Origin: Planctomycetota bacterium
Lineage (GTDB): Bacteria; Planctomycetota; UBA1135; UBA2386
NCBI GenBank assembly: GCA_046290465.1
Contig: JBKAGP010000001.1
Location: forward strand, 768,001 to 832,000
Direction: 5' to 3'
DNA: 64,000 bases
Shown here one piece after another: positions 1 through 8,791 of the stretch. The notes beneath the pieces were generated by a model, which had not been told where the DNA came from, made no database searches, and saw only the letters and a list, made by a program, of their open reading frames with translations. The position numbers and the translations under genes were made by a program. How positions within the stretch are numbered: the stretch's first letter is position 1; each line of letters opens with the position of its first letter.

Positions 1-2
1 GC

Positions 3-698
3 CTCTACGAACAGGGGCTGCTGCGCGAGCCCTACGGCACGCCGCTGGCAGAGGCCGCGTCGCTCGGCATCCACGAGAGCCAGTCGCGGCTGTGGGAGAA
101 CCACGTCGGTCGCAGCGAGGCGTTCTGGCGCTGGTGCTGGCCGGTCGCGCAACAGCACCTCGGCGATGCGTGCGATGGCCAGACCCGAGACTCGGTCTAC
201 CGGCTGAGCAACCTGGTCGCGCCGAGCCTGATCCGGGTCGAGGCCGACGAGGCGACCTACGACCTGCACGTGATGGTGCGGTTCGAACTGGAGACCGACC
301 TGATCGACGGCGCGATCGAGGTCGCCGACGTGCCGGCCCGCTGGAACCAGCTGTATGCCGACTACCTGGGCGTCGACGTGCCCGACGACGCGCGCGGCTG
401 CCTGCAGGACGTGCACTGGTCGTGCGGCCTGTTCGGCTACTTCCCGACCTACACGCTCGGCAACCTGTATGCGGCGCAGTTCGCGGCGGCCGCAGCGTCG
501 GCGCTCGGCGACCTGGACGCGTTGCTCGGCCGCGGCGAGTTCACGCCGCTGTGCGAGTGGCTGCACGAACACGTGCACCGTCACGGGCGCCGCTACTCCC
601 CCGCCGAGCTGTGCGAACGCGCGACCGGTCGCCCCTTGAGCAGCGAGCCGTTCCTCGCCTACCTCGAACAGAAGCTCACCGACGCCTACCGACTCTGA
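3..698 (+). CDS. Carboxypeptidase M32 (Taq-type), 5'-truncated by window edge
   Basis: Frame 3 open from base 3: LYEQGL...SLGIHESQSRLWEN, LIRVEADE, GCLQDVHWS, YFPTYTLGN, all M32 signature motifs. Confidence 0.93.
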   Translation, partial: LYEQGLLREPYGTPLAEAASLGIHESQSRLWENHVGRSEAFWRWCWPVAQQHLGDACDGQTRDSVYRLSNLVAPSLIRVEADEATYDLHVMVRFELETDLIDGAIEVADVPARWNQLYADYLGVDVPDDARGCLQDVHWSCGLFGYFPTYTLGNLYAAQFAAAAASALGDLDALLGRGEFTPLCEWLHEHVHRHGRRYSPAELCERATGRPLSSEPFLAYLEQKLTDAYRL

Positions 699-3600
699 TG
701 CGCACCGCCCTCGCCACGTTGCTGCTGTCCGTCGCCGCCGTCCCGGCCCAGCAGCGCATCTCCCTCGACGGCACCTGGCAGGTCCGCGACGAGGCCGCGC
801 AGGACTGGCGCGCGGTGCACGTGCCCGGTGCGTTCGAGGCGGTGCTGGGTGACGACTTCGACGGTCGCGCCCGCTACCGGCGCACGCTGCCGCTGCCCGA
901 GCGGCGCACGCCGCGCACGTTCGTCGAGTTCGACGCGGTCGCGACCTACGCCGAGGTGCTCGTCAACGGCCACCGCGTCCACGACCACCTCGGCGGCTGG
1001 ACGCCGTTCCGCGCCGAGCTGACGCGGCACCTGAAGTGGGACGGCAGCGACACCCTCGAGGTGCTCGTCGACGAACGCGTCGGCCACAACACGCAGGGCT
1101 TCCTGCCGATCATCCAGCCGCACTTCGGCGGCATCTGGCAGTCGGTGACGCTGTGCTGTGGCGACCGGCCACAGCTCGACCGGCACGACCTGTTCTGCTA
1201 CGCGCGCCTGCTCGATGACGGCAACGGCGAACTGACCGTGCGCGCGTCGATCGTGCCCGGCGATCGCAACCGGCGTGGCGACGCGCTGCACGTGCAGCTG
1301 CGCGACGGCGACCGGGTCGTGCTCGACGAACGCCGCGGCTTCGGCGGCTTCGCCGAGCCCTGGCGCGTGCCGCAGGTGCGGCGCTGGCGACCCGGCGCGC
1401 CGGAGCTCTACACGCTGCGCGTCGCGCTGCTCGAGCGCGGCAAGGAGGTCGACGTTGTCGAACGGCGCGTCGGGTTCCGCTCGCTGCGTACCGACGGCAC
1501 GCGCGTGCTGTGGAACGGCCAGCCGTTCCAGATGCGCGGGGTGCTGCACTGGGGCTACTCGCCGCCGAGCCTGGCACCACCGAGCGATCCAATGCACTGG
1601 CGGCCGCAGCTCGAATACTTCGCGAGCCTTGGCTTCAACACGGTCAAGTGCTGCCTGTGGATCCCGCCGCGCGGCTTCTACGAGCTGTGCGACGAGCTCG
1701 GCCTCGCCGTGTGGCAGGAGTACCCGACCTGGCATCCCACGATGGACCAGGCGCACAAGCAGGAGCTGCTGCGCGAATACCGCGAGTTCTTCCGGCTCGA
1801 CAAGAGCCACGCGTCGGTCGGGTTCCGCAGCATCACCTGTGAGACCGGCCAGGGCGCGGACCTGGACGTCGTGCGCACGCTCTACGACGCCTGCAAGAGC
1901 AGCGTGCCGGACACGCTGGTCGTCGACGACAGCTCGTGGATCGGCTGGCAGCGCGTCACCGACTTCTGGGACGAGCACCCGTACGGCAACAACTCGTGGT
2001 TCCCTGGTCGTCTGCAGGACTTCTTGAAGCACATCGACGAGAAGGGCGCGAAGCCGCTGCTGCTCGGCGAGTGCCTGGCGGCGGACACCTGGGTCGATCG
2101 GGACGCTTGGCTCACGACCCACGGCACGCAGGACCTGTGGTGGCGGCCGTGGTGCTGGGATGCGCAGGCAGAGGCGGAGCAGTGGCTGGCCGCATCGTTC
2201 GGCAGCGACCTGCTGCGGCAGCTCGAGCCGACCGCACGGGCGTTCGGCCTGCGCAACCGCCAGTTCCAGATCGAACAGCTGCGCCTGAAGATTCCGGACG
2301 CGGGCTACGTCGTGTCGGTCGCGCGCGACTTCACCAAGGCGCGCATGGGGCTGATCGACGACCTCGACCGGCCCAAGTACGACGCCGACGCGTGGCGCTG
2401 GCACCGCGACACGATGATCTGCCTGGACCTGCCGTGCCAGGCACGTTCCCGGACCGAGATGGACCGCGAGGTGCGCGTGCGGGTCAGCCACTTCGGTGCC
2501 GAGCCGCTGCGTGGCGCGCTGACCTTGTCGTGCGAAGAACTCGGCGTGCGCACCGAGGTGCCGCTGCAGGTGGCTGCCGGTGGCTGCAGCGAGGTCGTGA
2601 CGCTGGCGCTGCCGGCGCCGCGCGTCCGTCCACGTCGGGTCCTGGTGCGGGCCGAACTGGCCGGCTCCCACCCGGCCCGCAACGCGTGGCCGCTGTGGAA
2701 CGTGCCCGCAGCGAGCCAGCCGTTGCGCAGCGAGGTGCTGGTCACGGACACGCTGACCCCGGAGCGCATCGACGCGATGCTCGCCGGCCAGCGAGTGCTG
2801 CTGCTGTGTGGCGACCGGAAGGGCACGCTGCGCAACGACAAGCTGTGGTTCTTGAAGGGCGCGCCGTTCGCGCCGCCCCATCCGATCCACCAGCGGCTGC
2901 CCACGCAGCTGCTGCTCGACACGATCGCGTTCGACCTCGAGTCCGAACGCGTGATCCCGCTCGCCGGGCTGCGCGACCAGGTCGACCCGATCCTGGCGTT
3001 CTGGGACACGCACGACGTGCGCGACGTGAAGTTCCACCTGCACGCGTTCGACACGCGGGTCGGCGAGGGCCGCCTGCTGGCGACTTCGATGAACCTCGAC
3101 GGCCCGCGGCACAGCCTGCCGTTCTGGGTGCGCCAGCAGCTCGTCGCGCACCTGGCCGACGGCCCAGCACCCGAGCGCGCGCTGCGCGACGAGACCATCG
3201 AGGCGCTGCGGGCGAAGCTGGTCGAGCGCACCATCGACCTGCCGATCTGGCGCTTCTGCACCGACCCGCAGGACCAGGGTCGCAACGCGCGCTGGTTCGA
3301 TCCGGCGCACGAGGTCGACGGCGACGGTTGGCGGGATCTGAAGGCCGGCTCGCACTGGGAGAACCAGGCCGACGACCTGCGGCACTACACCGGCGTCGCG
3401 TGGTACCGCATCGACGTCGACGTGCCTGCCGACTGGCGGGGCCTCGACGCACGCGCGGTGTTCGACGGGGTCGACGACAGCTTCCACTGCTGGCTCAACG
3501 GCGAACTGGTCGGCACGTTCGGCGACGAGGCGAGCCGCACCACGATCTGGCTCGAACAGCAGGTCTGCGAACTGGGACGCAAGCTTCGGCCGGGGCAGCG

Positions 3601-3709
3601 CAACACCCTGGTCCTGCGGGTCGTCGACCACGCCGGCGCCGGTGGCCTGTGGAAGCCGGCGCGCCTGACCACGGGGCCGGTCGGGACCGCGGGCGACCTG
3701 CTGCGCTGA
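698..3709 (+). CDS. Secreted glycoside hydrolase family 2-like protein with an extra C-terminal sugar-binding domain
   Basis: ATG at 698 overlaps the M32 stop (TGATG); signal peptide MRTALATLLLSVAAVPA; SLDGTW, VNG..HLGGWTPF, GGIWQSV, RVGFRSL, FYELCDELGLAVWQE; second galactose-binding-like domain at the C-terminus (GVAWYR..FDGVDD..WLNG). Confidence 0.85.
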   Translation: MRTALATLLLSVAAVPAQQRISLDGTWQVRDEAAQDWRAVHVPGAFEAVLGDDFDGRARYRRTLPLPERRTPRTFVEFDAVATYAEVLVNGHRVHDHLGGWTPFRAELTRHLKWDGSDTLEVLVDERVGHNTQGFLPIIQPHFGGIWQSVTLCCGDRPQLDRHDLFCYARLLDDGNGELTVRASIVPGDRNRRGDALHVQLRDGDRVVLDERRGFGGFAEPWRVPQVRRWRPGAPELYTLRVALLERGKEVDVVERRVGFRSLRTDGTRVLWNGQPFQMRGVLHWGYSPPSLAPPSDPMHWRPQLEYFASLGFNTVKCCLWIPPRGFYELCDELGLAVWQEYPTWHPTMDQAHKQELLREYREFFRLDKSHASVGFRSITCETGQGADLDVVRTLYDACKSSVPDTLVVDDSSWIGWQRVTDFWDEHPYGNNSWFPGRLQDFLKHIDEKGAKPLLLGECLAADTWVDRDAWLTTHGTQDLWWRPWCWDAQAEAEQWLAASFGSDLLRQLEPTARAFGLRNRQFQIEQLRLKIPDAGYVVSVARDFTKARMGLIDDLDRPKYDADAWRWHRDTMICLDLPCQARSRTEMDREVRVRVSHFGAEPLRGALTLSCEELGVRTEVPLQVAAGGCSEVVTLALPAPRVRPRRVLVRAELAGSHPARNAWPLWNVPAASQPLRSEVLVTDTLTPERIDAMLAGQRVLLLCGDRKGTLRNDKLWFLKGAPFAPPHPIHQRLPTQLLLDTIAFDLESERVIPLAGLRDQVDPILAFWDTHDVRDVKFHLHAFDTRVGEGRLLATSMNLDGPRHSLPFWVRQQLVAHLADGPAPERALRDETIEALRAKLVERTIDLPIWRFCTDPQDQGRNARWFDPAHEVDGDGWRDLKAGSHWENQADDLRHYTGVAWYRIDVDVPADWRGLDARAVFDGVDDSFHCWLNGELVGTFGDEASRTTIWLEQQVCELGRKLRPGQRNTLVLRVVDHAGAGGLWKPARLTTGPVGTAGDLLR

Positions 3710-3782
3710 ATCGGCCCCTTGCGCCGGACGGCACGCGATCCCACACGCGTTGGTCGCGCCAACCTGTTATCCTGCTCCCCCC

Positions 3783-4352
3783 ATGAACGTCACCAGCATC
3801 CAGCCCACCCCGAATCCGAACGCGTTCAAGTTCCTGATGGACAAGCCGATGGCCAAGCCCGGCCAGACGCAGGCCTACGCGAAGCCGGAGCAGGCCAAGG
3901 ACGACGTGCTGGCGCAGAGCATGTTTGCGGTGCCGGGCGTCGAGACGCTGTTCTTCTGCGATAACTTCGTGACCGTCAGCATGACCGGGGAGGCCGACTG
4001 GCGCGCGGTGGCCGGGCAGATCTCGAAGCTGCTCGAGAGCCACGAGGCGCCCGAGATTGGCGAGGCCGACGTCGCGCCGAAGGACTCGGACGATCCGCTG
4101 GCGTCGATCCCGAAGGGCGGCGATCCGGAGATGCTGTCGAAGATCAACGCGCTGCTCGACGACCGGGTGCGCCCGGCGCTGGCCGGCGACGGCGGTGGCC
4201 TGCAGGTGATGGGGCTCGAGGGCAAGACGCTCTACATCCGCTACGAAGGCGCGTGCGGCAGCTGCCCGAGCTCGACGTCGGGCACGTTGATGGCGATCCA
4301 GAACCTGCTGCAGAGCGAAGTCGACGAGGACCTCGTCGTCACGATGAGCTAG
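3783..4352 (+). CDS. NifU/Nfu-family Fe-S carrier (Nfu N-terminal scaffold + NifU-C)
   Basis: PTPNPNAFKF N-terminal motif; VRPALAGDGG and GACGSCPSS C-terminal motif. Confidence 0.92.
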   Translation: MNVTSIQPTPNPNAFKFLMDKPMAKPGQTQAYAKPEQAKDDVLAQSMFAVPGVETLFFCDNFVTVSMTGEADWRAVAGQISKLLESHEAPEIGEADVAPKDSDDPLASIPKGGDPEMLSKINALLDDRVRPALAGDGGGLQVMGLEGKTLYIRYEGACGSCPSSTSGTLMAIQNLLQSEVDEDLVVTMS

Positions 4353-4356
4353 GTCG

Positions 4357-4755
4357 ATGGCCCCCGCCGCGCCAACCCCGTGCCCGTGGTGCGGCTCGAT
4401 GCGCGGCGTCGTGCACGTTCATGGCCACGCGCAGTGCGTGACCTGCGGCACCAACGTCGACCCGTGCTGCAGCGGCGACACCGGCAACGACGCCGCGACC
4501 CGCACGACGACCGACGAGCAGGTGCACGTCGCACCCGAGCTGTTTCCGCTGGTGTTCGACGGCCTGGGCGGACGCGCGATCACGGTGACCACCGATGCGC
4601 TGCTGTTCGCGCTGTGCAACCGGCTGGGCAGTGATCTGGCCGAAGCGCGCATGGTGCTCGAGGCGGCCGAACGGGTCGGCGTCGTCGAGACGGCCAGGCC
4701 GGGCCAGCACCGCCTGCGCGAACTGCCGCCGCCGAACGTCGATCGTCGCGGTTGA
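4357..4755 (+). CDS. Hypothetical protein with N-terminal Cys/His zinc-ribbon
   Basis: CPWC..VHVHGHAQCVTC....PCC; starts 4 nt after the nfu stop; typical codon usage. Confidence 0.65.
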   Translation: MAPAAPTPCPWCGSMRGVVHVHGHAQCVTCGTNVDPCCSGDTGNDAATRTTTDEQVHVAPELFPLVFDGLGGRAITVTTDALLFALCNRLGSDLAEARMVLEAAERVGVVETARPGQHRLRELPPPNVDRRG

Positions 4756-4780
4756 TTGCAGCGCGCGCCGCCCCTAGGCT
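4752..4780 (+). promoter_or_regulatory. Putative sigma70 promoter of tRNA-Leu
   Basis: TTGATT (4752-4757), 17 nt spacer, TAGGCT (4775-4780), 13 nt before the tRNA. Confidence 0.55.
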
Positions 4781-4793
4781 CCGCGCACCACGA

Positions 4794-4878
4794 GCCGGAG
4801 TGGCGGAATCGGCAGACGCACAGCTTTCAAAAAGCTGCGAGGCAACTCGTGCGGGTTCAAGTCCCGCCTCCGGCACCA
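4794..4878 (+). tRNA. tRNA-Leu (CAA)
   Basis: Acceptor GCCGGAG/CTCCGGC, anticodon stem CAGCT/AGCTG with loop TTCAAAA, long variable arm CGAG-GCAA-CTCG, T arm GCGGG-TTCAAGT-CCCGC, encoded ACCA end. Confidence 0.96.
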
Positions 4879-4890
4879 TTCGTTGCGCCC

Positions 4891-4957
4891 GGTCCGAGAG
4901 ATTGGCGGTCCGAGAGATTGGCGATCCAAGAATGGGTTCCGGGACGAATCTCACGGA
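4891..4957. repeat. Short tandem repeat (GGTCCGAGAGATTGGC x2 plus a degenerate copy)
   Basis: Exact 16-mers at 4891-4906 and 4907-4922; related cluster at 45276-45351. Confidence 0.75.
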
Positions 4958-5112
4958 TCGAGCCCCCTCCCCTCCCGCGACCCGACCAGACCGTGGCAGG
5001 CGGCCGTCGAGAAGACCCGCCCCCCGAACTGGACCTGCGAACCGGTGCGGTTGACAGGATGCGTTCGGGGCGGGACAAGGGTTGGGCCTGCCCTGCCACC
5101 ATGCGGCATCCC

Positions 5113-7473
5113 ATGAACCGAATCCTGTTCGCCGTCGGCGCCACCGTTCTCGGCGGCTTGCTCGTTGCCCAGTCTCCCGGCCCGCAGCTGCAGCTGCGCT
5201 TCGAGGTGTTCGATCCGCTCGAGGCGACGCCGGCGGTGCCGGCAAGCCTGCAGGCGAACGCGACCGCGCAGCTCGGGATCGTGCAGTTCGCCGGCACCCC
5301 GACGCAGGCGGATCGCGAACGGCTGGCCGAGGCCGGCCTGCGGCCGCTGTGGTACCTGCCCGACGACGCCTACGTCGTGTGCGGGCCGGCCGACGCGCGC
5401 CGCGGTCTGCGCAACCGCGCGGGCGTTCGCTGGGTCGGGCCGTTCCATCCGGCCTACAAGCTCGCGGCCGAGCTGCGGCCGGACCTGGTCGGCGACCGCA
5501 CGCAGGGCGAACGCTACGTCGTCGTGATGGCCGATCCGAAGCACGACGAGAACGGGCTGGTGCAGCGCATCGAACGGCTCGGGGGCAGCATCTGGCGCTA
5601 CGCCGCCGGCAACCTGCTGCTCGAGGTCGACCTGACGCCGCCGCAGTTGCAGCAGGTGCTCGCCGACGACGCGGTGCTGTGGGTCGAGCGTGCGCAGCCG
5701 ATCGAGCACGACATGGACAACGCCCGCATCCAGGGCGGCGCCGACTACCTCGAGGCGCAGGGCGGCACCGCCGGTGGCTTCACCGGCAAGGGCGTGCGCG
5801 GCCACATCATGGAGGGCATCTTCCCCAACCACCCCGAGTATGCAGCCAACAGCTGGCGGGTGGTGCCGGCGTCGGTGTTCAGCGGCCAGGCGACCAACCA
5901 CGGCCAGTCGACCTTCGGGATCGTGTTCGCCAACGGCGTCGACCCGATGGCGCGCGGCATGTGCCCGGACGGCCAGGGCTTCTTCACCGACTACAGCTGG
6001 CTGATCAGCACGCCGGCGATGCAGACCGGCAACAACAGCCGCTACGGCGTCGTGCGCGAGATCACCGACCCGGCGCAGCCGTGGCAGTGCATGTTCCAGA
6101 CGGCGTCGTGGGGCTACCCGCGCACGCTGTTCTACGACGCGCGTTCGGCGGAGATGGACTGGATCATCGCCGAGTTCGACCTGCCGATCTTCCAGAGCCA
6201 GTCGAACTCCGGCAACCAGATGTCGCGGCCGCAGGCGTGGGCGAAGAACATCGTCTCGGGCGGCGCGATCTTCCACAACGACACCGCGACGCCGGCCGAC
6301 GACAGCGCCAGCGGCACCAGCACCGGGCCCGCGACCGACGGGCGCATCAAGCCGGACCTGTGCGGCTACTACGACAGCATCTACACGACCTCGGGAGCGA
6401 GCGGCTACACGTCGGGATTCGGTGGCACCTCGGGCGCGACGCCGATGATCGCAGGACACGCGGCGATGATGCTCGAGCTGTTCACCGACGGCGCGTTCGG
6501 CCTCGAGCTGCAGCCCGGAGACGACTGGACCAACCGGTTCGCCCGCCGGCCGCACTTCAGCACCACCAAGGCGCTGCTGATCAACACCGCGCGCCAGTAT
6601 CCGCACGCGCAGGTCGGCGGCCGCTACCGCCAGGGCTGGGGCTTCCCGTCGCTCGAGGACCTGTGGGACCTGCGCGAGCAGATGCTCGTGCTGGACGAAC
6701 AGGACGTGCTGCAGCAGGGGCAGCAGCGCGTCTACACGGTGTTCGTCAAGCCGGGCACGCCGCAGCTGCGCGCGACGATGACGTTCGCCGATCCGGCCGG
6801 CAACCCGGCGGCGGTGCTGCACCGCGTCAACGACCTCGACCTCGAGGTGACGGCGCCCGACGGCACCGTCTACCACGGCAACGTCGGTCTGGTCAGCGAC
6901 GTGTTCTCGTCGCCGGGCGGCGCCCCCAACGACCACGACACGGTCGAGAACTGCTTCGTGCAGAACCCGATGCAGGGCCTGTGGACCGTGCGCGTGTCGG
7001 CCCCCGAGATCGTCGTCGACCAGCACGTCGAGACGGCGGCCACCGACGCGGACTTCGCGCTGGTGGTGAGCGGCATCGGTGCCGGCCGCGACGCGACGGG
7101 CGCGGTGCTCGACGTGGTCTCCAGCGCGCCGGGCAGCATGGTCACGACGCTGAGCAACCTGCCCGCCGGCGTCGCCGAGGGCTACGTGCTCTACACGCTG
7201 GCGACCGCGCGCGATCGCGGCATGGGCAACTTCCTCGGCCTCGAGGTCGACGACCTGTCGCTGCTGAGCGTCACCACGCCGGCGAGCGCCGGCCACCCGC
7301 TGCACTTCACCGGCAACGCCGGCGCCACGCAGTTCCCCAACGCGCCGTTCGTGTGGCCGGCGCTGGTGCCGACGCTGCTGCAGGGCCAGCAGCTCGACGC
7401 GGTCGCGGTGTTCGTCGACGCCAACGGCGCCTTCTTCGCGGCGTCGAACGTCGCACGCGTGACGGTGCAGTAG
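5113..7473 (+). CDS. Secreted S8 (subtilisin-like) serine peptidase with propeptide, jelly-roll domain and C-terminal domain
   Basis: Signal peptide; NHGQSTFG (His), QSQSNSG (oxyanion Asn), GPATDGRIKPD, GGTSGATP (Ser), QGWG, VNDLDLEV. Confidence 0.9.
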   Translation: MNRILFAVGATVLGGLLVAQSPGPQLQLRFEVFDPLEATPAVPASLQANATAQLGIVQFAGTPTQADRERLAEAGLRPLWYLPDDAYVVCGPADARRGLRNRAGVRWVGPFHPAYKLAAELRPDLVGDRTQGERYVVVMADPKHDENGLVQRIERLGGSIWRYAAGNLLLEVDLTPPQLQQVLADDAVLWVERAQPIEHDMDNARIQGGADYLEAQGGTAGGFTGKGVRGHIMEGIFPNHPEYAANSWRVVPASVFSGQATNHGQSTFGIVFANGVDPMARGMCPDGQGFFTDYSWLISTPAMQTGNNSRYGVVREITDPAQPWQCMFQTASWGYPRTLFYDARSAEMDWIIAEFDLPIFQSQSNSGNQMSRPQAWAKNIVSGGAIFHNDTATPADDSASGTSTGPATDGRIKPDLCGYYDSIYTTSGASGYTSGFGGTSGATPMIAGHAAMMLELFTDGAFGLELQPGDDWTNRFARRPHFSTTKALLINTARQYPHAQVGGRYRQGWGFPSLEDLWDLREQMLVLDEQDVLQQGQQRVYTVFVKPGTPQLRATMTFADPAGNPAAVLHRVNDLDLEVTAPDGTVYHGNVGLVSDVFSSPGGAPNDHDTVENCFVQNPMQGLWTVRVSAPEIVVDQHVETAATDADFALVVSGIGAGRDATGAVLDVVSSAPGSMVTTLSNLPAGVAEGYVLYTLATARDRGMGNFLGLEVDDLSLLSVTTPASAGHPLHFTGNAGATQFPNAPFVWPALVPTLLQGQQLDAVAVFVDANGAFFAASNVARVTVQ

Positions 7474-7506
7474 CGGTGCTGGCCGAGATCGCCACGAAAC
7501 GCGTGC

Positions 7507-7535
7507 TTGCACCGCGTGGCGAGATCGGCTAAGCA
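7507..7535 (+). promoter_or_regulatory. Possible promoter upstream of the riboswitch
   Basis: TTGCAC (7507-7512), 17 nt spacer, TAAGCA (7530-7535); the -10 match is weak. Confidence 0.3.
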
Positions 7536-7544
7536 ACTCCGCGT

Positions 7545-7692
7545 CCCCAGCGGGGAAGTCCGGTGCGATGCCGGCGCTGTCCCGCAGCTGTGACCGAGGA
7601 CGAACGTGACCACGAACCACTGGCTCGCCGCGAACGGCGGGTCGGGAAGGGGGTCACCAGTAGGACGATCCGGAAGCCAGAAGACCTGCTGA
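7545..7692 (+). promoter_or_regulatory. Cobalamin (B12) riboswitch
   Basis: GGGAAGTCCGGTGCGATGCCGGCGCTGTCCCGCAGCTGTGA core, CCACTGG...GGGAAGG, B12 box AGCCAGAAGACCTGC; 5' of a coupled 4-gene operon. Confidence 0.93.
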
Positions 7693-7756
7693 GGACCAGC
7701 GCCGAGAGGGCGCTGCCGCAATCGCTTCGCGCGGCGCGAGTGACGCCGCTAGATCC

Positions 7757-8791
7757 ATGAACCGTTCCTCGATCGAGGTCCGTACCCAGCGTGGGTTCGG
7801 CACCTTCCTGGCCACCGCCACCGGCGCCGTGGCCCTTTGCGCGGCACTGCCCGCGCAGTTCTTCGCCGACACCGTCGTCGCCCACCAGTCCAACGCCCAG
7901 GCCGGCGGCGGCATCTTCCAGCCCGGCAACGCGCTCGGTGCGCCCGCGGGCGGCAGCGACGTGCACAGCCTCGGCATCCAGGGCTCGCTGACGCTCGGCT
8001 TCAGCAACGCGATCACCAACGGCCCCGGCGCCGACCTGATCGTGCACGAGAACCCGTTCCGTTCGACCAGCAACCTTGGGAACACGTTCGCGGAGGTCTG
8101 CTTCGTCGAGGTCAGCACCGATGGCGTGCACTTCGCGCGCTTCCCGTCGCGCTACTACGGCCCGATGCAGAGCCCGGGACCGTTCTCGTTCGTGCCGGTC
8201 GGCAGCTACTCGGGCCTCGCCGGCGTCACGCCGTCGTTCGTCAACGACCCGACGGTCGATCCGCGCGACCTGGTCGAGGCCGGCGGCGACGCATTCGACC
8301 TCAACGACCTTGCCAGCGACCCGTTGGTCGTGCAGGGACTGGTCGTGCTCGACCTGATCCACCAGGTCCGGCTGGTCGACGTGCTCGACGGCATCGACGT
8401 CGATTCGACCGGCACGCCGATCCAGGACCCCGGCAGCGGCAGCGCCGACATCGACGCGGTCACCGCGATCCACCAGATCCAGACGCTGACGCTCGACAAC
8501 CCGACCGTCGACCTGCAGATCCAGAACGACGGCACGATGACGCTGCGCATCGAGGACCCCAACGGTCGCGGCGATCTCGACCCGCTGAGCCTGCGCGCGG
8601 CGCTGTTCGGCCTGCCGGTCGATGCCGGCGGCCTGCTGGCGACGTTCACGCTGCAGAGCGTCGACGCGACCGGCTACACGCTGGTGCAGCCGGTGCCGCT
8701 GCCGCAGTCGATGCGGTTCTCGCTGGCGTTTTCGATCCGTGACCTCGCCGGCCACCACAGCGGTTCGACCAGGACGCGGCCGACGCCCTGA
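7757..8791 (+). CDS. Secreted/cell-surface protein, probable B12-binding (BtuH-like) domain plus C-terminal Ig-like domain
   Basis: First gene after the riboswitch; signal peptide; motifs SLGxxGSLTLGF, NGPGADLIVHENPF, VEVSTDG, GGDAFDL, DIDAV resemble riboswitch-linked cell-surface proteins. Confidence 0.6.
   Translation: MNRSSIEVRTQRGFGTFLATATGAVALCAALPAQFFADTVVAHQSNAQAGGGIFQPGNALGAPAGGSDVHSLGIQGSLTLGFSNAITNGPGADLIVHENPFRSTSNLGNTFAEVCFVEVSTDGVHFARFPSRYYGPMQSPGPFSFVPVGSYSGLAGVTPSFVNDPTVDPRDLVEAGGDAFDLNDLASDPLVVQGLVVLDLIHQVRLVDVLDGIDVDSTGTPIQDPGSGSADIDAVTAIHQIQTLTLDNPTVDLQIQNDGTMTLRIEDPNGRGDLDPLSLRAALFGLPVDAGGLLATFTLQSVDATGYTLVQPVPLPQSMRFSLAFSIRDLAGHHSGSTRTRPTP

Noticed and set aside
92..697. 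N-terminal extension of the 1205-aa ORF
   Set aside because: It overlaps the M32 gene in another frame and has Arg/Pro-rich shadow composition; the real start is ATG 698 with a signal peptide
4821..4837. TTCAAA in the anticodon arm suggesting tRNA-Sec (TCA)
   Set aside because: The stem register CAGCT/AGCTG centres CAA; the 7-bp acceptor stem and D arm fit tRNA-Leu
4794..5112. tRNA as a genomic-island integration site
   Set aside because: No integrase, no duplicated tRNA 3' end and no evident compositional shift in the window
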